Source: Cyanophora paradoxa CCMP329
Taxonomy: Eukaryota; Plantae; Glaucophyta
Direction: 5' to 3'
Assembly: GCA_004431415.1 (NCBI GenBank)
Contig: QPMI01000195.1
Location: forward strand, 143,790 to 207,789
DNA: 64,000 nt
In this document: in pieces, positions 58,430 through 64,000 of the stretch
How the letters are laid out: each line of letters opens with the position of its first letter
How positions within the stretch are numbered: position 1 is the stretch's first letter
Position numbers and translations under genes: made by a program
Notes under the pieces: model-generated
Seen by the model: only the letters and a program-made list of their open reading frames with translations
The model's database searches: none
What the model was told of the DNA's origin: nothing

Positions 58430-61400
58430 TCCGCGCCAGCTCCCCAACGCGTGCCTCCAGCGCCGCCTTCTCGGCCTCCAGCGCACGGGCCCGGCCCTCC
58501 GCCTCCTCGGCGCGGCTCTCGGCCTCTGCCCGCGCCTGCGCCGCTTCCAGCTCCGCCCCGAGGTCGGCATCCCGCGACCGCGTCTCCGGCTCGGCCTTCT
58601 CGGCGCTCTCGAGCTCCTCCACCCGCGCCGTCAGCGCCGCCAGCTCCTCCCCGAGGCCCGCCGCCGCCGCAGCCCGCCGCTCGTGCTCGCGCGCCGCCTC
58701 CTCGGCCTCCCGCCGCTGCTCGGCCCGCGCCGCCGCCAGCTCCGCCTCGAGCGCCTCCACGCGCGCCTCGGACCGCGCCAGCTCCGCCTCCCGCTCCGCC
58801 AGCGCCGCCCGGCTCGACGCCGCCGACGTCTGCAGCGTCGCCACGACAGCGTCCGTCTCGTCGCTGCCCAGCGATGCGTCCGCTCGCCGGCCTCCGTCGC
58901 TGGCGCCGTCGCCGCCGCCGCTGCCGCCGCTGCGGCCGCCACCACGGCCGACGCCGACGCTTCCAGCTCCGCGCACCGCGCCCGCAGCGCCTCGGCCTCT
59001 GCCCGCGCCGCCTCCAGCGCGCTGGACGCCTCCGCGGCCCGCGCCCGGGATTCCTCGCCTCAGCGGACCCGGCCTCGAGCGCCTCGACCTTCGCCGCCAG
59101 CGTCTCGCGCTCCGCCGCCAGCGTTGCGCGCTCCGCCGCCAGCTCCTCGGACCGCGCCCGCGCCGCCTCCAGCTCGGCCGACTGCTCGGCCACGCGCGCC
59201 TCCAGCGCCGCCGCCGTCGCCGCCGCCGCCGCGCCCAGCTCCGCCACGCGCGCCTCCAGGGTCGCCTTCTCGGCCTCCAGCGCACGGGCCCGGCCCTCCG
59301 CCTCCTCGGCGCGGCTCTCGGCCTCTGCCCGCGCCTGCGCCGCTTCCAGCTCCGCCCCGAGGTCGGCATCCCGCGACCGCGTCTCCGGCTCGGCCTTCTC
59401 GGCGCTCTCGAGCTCCTCCACCCGCACCGTCAGCGCAGCCAGCTCCTCCCGAGGCCCGCCGCCGCCGCAGCCCGCCGCTCGTGCTCGCGCGCCGCCTCCT
59501 CGGCCTCCGCCGCTGCTCGGCCCGCGCCGCCGCCAGCTCCGCCTCGAGCGCCTCCACGCGCGCCTCGGACCGCGCCAGCTCCGCCTCCCGCTCCGCCAGC
59601 GCCGCCCGGCTCGACGCCGCCGACGTCTGCAGCGCCGCCACAACAGCGTCCGTCTCGTCGCTGCCAGCGACGCGTCCGCTCGCCGGCCTCCGTCGCTGGC
59701 GCCGCCGACGCTGCCGCAGCCGCCGCTGCCGCCGCCACCGCGGCCGACGCCGACGCTTCCAGCTCCGTGCACCGAGCCCGCAGCGCCTCGGCCTCTGCCG
59801 CGCCGCCTCCAGCGCGCTGGAAGCCTCCGCGCCCGCGCCCGGGATTCCTCGCCCTCAGCGGACCGGCCTCGAGCGCCTCGACCTTCGCAGCCAGCGTCTC
59901 GCGCTCCGCCGCCAGCTCCTCGACTGCGCCCGCGCCGCTCCAGCTCGGCCGACTGCTCGGCCACGCGCGCCTCCAGCGCCACCGCCTCCGCCGCCGCCGC
60001 GCCCAGCTCCGCCACGCGCGCCTCCAGCGCCGCCTTCTCGGCTCCAGCGCACGGGCCCGGCCCTCCGCCTCCTCGGCCCGGCTCTCGGCCTCTGCCCGCG
60101 CCTGCGCCGCTTCCAGCTTCGCCCCGAGGTCGGCATCCCGCGACCGCGTCTCCGGCTCGGCCCTCTCGGCGCTCTCGAGCTCCTCCACCCGCGCCGTCAG
60201 CGCCGCCAGCTCCTCCCGAGGCCCGCCGCCGCCGCAGCCCGCCGCTCGTGCTCGCGCGCCGCCTCCTCGCCTCCGCCGCTGCTCGGCCCGCGCCGCCGCC
60301 AGCTCCGCCTCGAGCGCCTCCACGCGCGCCTCGGCCCGCGCCAGCTCCGCCTCCCGCTCCGCCAGCGCCGCCCGGCTCGAAGCCGCCGACGTCTGCAGCG
60401 CCGCCACGACAGCGTCCGTCTCGTCGCTGCCCAGCGACGCGTCCGCTCGCCGGCCTCCGTCGCTGGCGCCGCCGACGCTTCCAGCTCCGCGCACCGAGCC
60501 CGCAGCGCCTCGGCCTCTGCCCGCGCCGCCTCCAGCGCGCTGGACGCCTCCGCGGCCCGCGCCCGGGATTCCTCGCCCTCAGCGGACCGGCCTCGAGCGC
60601 CTCGACCTTCGCAGCCAGCGTCTCGCGCTCCGCCGCCAGCGTTTCGCGCTCCGCGCCAGCGTTTCGCGCTCCGCCGCCAGCTCCTCGACCGCGCCCGCGC
60701 CGCCTCCAGCTCGGCCGACTGCTCGGCCACGCGCGCCTCCAGCGCCACCCGCTCCGCCGCCGCCGCGCCCAGCTCCCCAACGCGTGCTCCAGCGCCGCCT
60801 TCTCGGCCTCCAGCGCACGGGCCCGGCCCTCCGCCTCCTCGGCCCGGCTCTCGGCCTCTGCCGCGCCTGCGCCGCTTCCAGCTCCGCCCGAGGTCGGCGT
60901 CCCGCGACTGCATCTCCGGCTCGGCCTTCTCGGCGCTCTCGAGCTCCTCCACCCGCGCCGTCAGCGCCGCCAGCTCCTCCCGAGGCCCGCCGCCGCCGCA
61001 GCCGCCGCTCGTGCTCGCGCGCCGCCTCCTCGCCTCCCGCCGCTGCTCGGCCCGCGCCGCCGCCAGCTCCGCCTCGAGCGCCTCCACGCGCGCCTCGGCC
61101 CGCGCCAGCTCCGCCTCCCGCTCCGCCAGCGCCGCCCGGCTCGACGCCGCCGACGTCTGCAGCGCCGCCACGACAGCGTCCGTCTCGTCGCTGCCCAGCG
61201 ACGCGTCCCGCTCGCCGGCCTCCGTCGCTGGCGCCGCCGCCGCCGCCGCTGCCGCCGCTGCGCCGCCAACGCGGCCGACGCCGACGCTTCCAGCTCCGCG
61301 CACCGAGCCCGCAGCGCCTCGCCTCTGCCCGCGCCGCCTCCAGCACGCTGGACGCCTCCGCGGCCCGCGCCCGGGATTCCTCGCCCTCAGCGGACCCGGC

Positions 61401-64000
61401 CTCGAGCGCCTCGACCTTCGCAGCCAGCGTCTCGCGCTCCGCGCAGCGTTTCGCGCTCCGCCGCCAGCTCCTCGGACCGCGCCCGCGCCGCCTCCAGCTC
61501 GGCCGACTGCTCGGCCACGCGCGCCTCCAGCGCCGCCGCCGCCGCCGCCGCCGCGCCCAGCTCCGCCACGCGCGCCTCCAGCGCGCCTTCTCGGCCTCCA
61601 GCGCACGGGCCCGGCCCTCCGCCTCCTCGGCGCGGCTCTCGGCCTCTGCCCGCGCCTGCGCCGCTTCCAGCTCCGCCCGAGGTCGGCGTCCGCGACCGCG
61701 TCTCCGGCTCGGCCTTCTCGGCGCTCTCGAGCTCCTCCACCCGCACCGTCAGCGCAGCCAGCTCCTCCCGAGGCCCGCCGCGCCGCAGCCCGCCGCTCGT
61801 GCTCGCGCGCGCCTCCTCGGCCTCCCGCCGCTGCTCGCCCGCGCCGCCGCCAGCTCCGCCTCGAGCGCCTCCACGCGCGCCTCGGACCGCGCCAGCTCCG
61901 CCTCCCGCTCCGCCAGCGCCGCCCGGCTCGACGCCGCCGACGTCTGCAGCGCCGCCACAACAGCGTCCGTCTCGTCGCTGCCAGCGACGCGTCCCGCTCG
62001 CCGGCTCGTCGCTGGCGCCGCCGCCGCCACAGCCGCCGCTGCGGCCGCCCGCGGCCGCCGCCGACGCTTCCAGCTCCGGGCACCGAGCCCGCAGCGCCTC
62101 GGCCTCTGCCCGCGCCGCCTCAGCGCGCTGGACGCCTCCGCGGCCCGCGCCCGGGATTCCTCGCCCTCAGCGGACCGGCCTCGAGCGCCTCGACCTTCGC
62201 AGCCAGCGTCTCGCGCTCCGCCGCCAGCGTTCGCGCTCCGCCGCCAGCTCCTCGACCGCGCCCGCGCCGCCTCCAGCTCGGCGACTGCTCGGCCACGCGC
62301 GCCTCCAGCGCCGCCGCCGCCGCCGCCGCGCGCCAGCTCCGCCACGCGCGCCTCCAGCGCCGCCTTCTCGGCCTCCAGCGCACGGGCCCGGCCCTCCGCC
62401 TCCTCGGCGCGGCTCTCGGCCTCTGCCCGCGCCTGCGCCGCTTCCAGCTCCGCCCGAGGTCGGCGTCCCGCGACGGCGTCTCCGGCTCGGCCTTCTCGGC
62501 GCTCTCGAGCTCCTCCACCCGCGCCGTCAGCGCCGCAGCTCCTCCCGAGGCCTGCCGCTGCGCAGCCCGCCGCTCGTGCTCGCGCGCCGCCTCCTCGGCC
62601 TCCCGCCGCTGCTCGGCCCGCGCCGCCGCCAGCTCCGCTCGAGCGCCTCCACGCGCGCCTCGGACCGCGCCAGCTCCGCTCCCGCTCCGCCAGCGCGCCC
62701 GGCTCGACGCCGCCGACGTCTGCAGCGCCGCACGACAGCGTCCGTCTCGTCGCTGCCCAGCGACGCGTCCCGCTCGCCGACCTCCGTCGCTGGCGCCGCC
62801 GCCGCGCCGCTGCCGCGCTGCGGCGCACGCACCGCCGCCGACGCTTCAGCTCGTGCACCGAGCCCGCAGCGCCTCGGCCTCTGCCCGCGCCGCCTCCAGC
62901 GCGCTGGAGCCTCGCGGCCCGCGCCGGGATTCCTCGCCTCAGCGACCCGGCCTCGAGCGCCTCGACCTTCGCAGCCAGCGTCTCGCGCTCCGCCGCCAGC
63001 GTTTCGCGCTCCGCCGCCACGTTTCGCGCTCCGCCGCCAGCTCCTCGACCGCGCCCGCGCCGCCTCCAGCTCGGCCGACTGCTCGCCACGCGCGCCTCCA
63101 GCGCCACCGCTCCGCCGCCGCGCGCCCAGCTCCGCCACGCGCGCCTCCAGCGCCGCCTTCTCGGCCTCCAGCGCACGGGCCCGGCCCTCCGCCTCCTCGC
63201 GCGGCTCTCGGCCTCTGCCCGCGCCTGCGCCGCTTCCAGCTCCGCCCGAGTCGCGTCCCGCGACTGCGTCTCCGGCTCGGCTTCTCGGCGCTCTCGAGCT
63301 CCTCCACCCGCGCCGTCAGCGCAGCCAGCTCCTCCCGAGGCCCGCCGCTGCCGCAGCCCGCTGCTTGTGCTCGCGCGCCGCCTCCTCGGCCTCCCGCCGC
63401 TGCTCGGCCCGCGCCGCCGCCAGCTCCGCCTCGAGCACCTCACGCGCGACTCGGCCGCGCCAGCTCCGCCTCCCGCTCCGCCAGCGCCGCCCGGCTCGAC
63501 GCCGCCGACGTCTGCAGCGCCGCCACAACAGCGTCCGTCTCGTCGCTGCCCAGTGATGCGTCCCGCTCGCCGTCTCCGTCGCTGGCGCCGCCGCCGCCGC
63601 GCAGCCGCCGCTGCGCCGCCACGCGGCCGACGCCGACGCTTCCAGCTCGTGCACCGAACCGCAGCGCCTCGGCCTCTGCCCGCGCGCCTCCAGCGCGCTG
63701 GAAGCCTCCGCGGCCCGCGCCCGGGATTCCTCGCCCTCAGCGGACCCGGCCTCGAGCGCCTCGACCTTCGCAGCCAGCGTCTCGCGCTCCGCCGCCAGCT
63801 CCTCGGACCGCCCGCGCCGCCTCCAGCTCGGCCGACTGCTCGGCCACGCGCGCCTCCAGCGCCACCGCCGCCGCCGCCGCCGCGCCCAGCTCCGCCACGC
63901 GCGCCTCCAGCGCCGCCTTCTCGGCCTCCAGCGCACGGGCCCGGCCCTCCGCCTCCTCGCGCGGCTCTCGGCCTCTGCCCGCGCCTGCGCCGCTTCCAGC
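51382..64000 (-). CDS. Giant Ala/Glu/Arg-rich coiled-coil protein: one huge exon of ~260-aa tandem repeats plus several small 3' exons; 5' end outside the window
   Basis: The marker SDETDAVVAALQTSAASS recurs every ~760-800 bp (54121 to 63525, 13 times). Heptad-like composition. GT-AG introns in 51.6-53.2 kb. Stop at 51382. 1-bp deletions increase toward the window end. Confidence 0.85.

Noticed and set aside
52703-63556. 3617-aa plus-strand ORF
   Set aside because: Antisense shadow of the minus-strand coiled-coil repeat. It is low-complexity S/A/P/R, stop-free because of GC bias, and changes character at each indel.

Overview
Eukaryotic, GC-rich DNA with short GT-AG introns. A captured CCDC146/MBO2 fragment points to a flagellated alga or protist; the species cannot be determined from the sequence. 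The window holds three host genes on the minus strand. Two are secreted Ser-Pro-rod glycoproteins (~7.1-10.4 kb with CUB-like domains; ~40.0-43.7 kb with propeller-like and IPT/TIG-like domains). The third is a giant tandem-repeat coiled-coil gene running from 51.4 kb past the window end. Between them lie nested mobile elements. A decayed, very large Ty3/Gypsy element (12.4-23.8 kb, minus) has a ~2,300-aa pre-protease region, a protease interrupted at its active site by a 6-bp-TSD MITE, and an intact-looking -1 frameshift signal between protease and RT. A tandem array of miniature LTR elements (27.2-28.7 kb) carries a tRNA-derived Pol III promoter inside each LTR. A 1.5-kb Helitron-like element (37.6-39.1 kb) has hybrid termini and carries a spliced MarR-like winged-helix gene. 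There are also LINE remnants, a tRNA-SINE and a related 1.5-kb retroposon, several MITEs, a ~140-bp GC satellite and tracts of micro-palindromes. Most ORFs in the supplied track are GC-rich shadow ORFs. All motif calls were made by eye; no searches were run.
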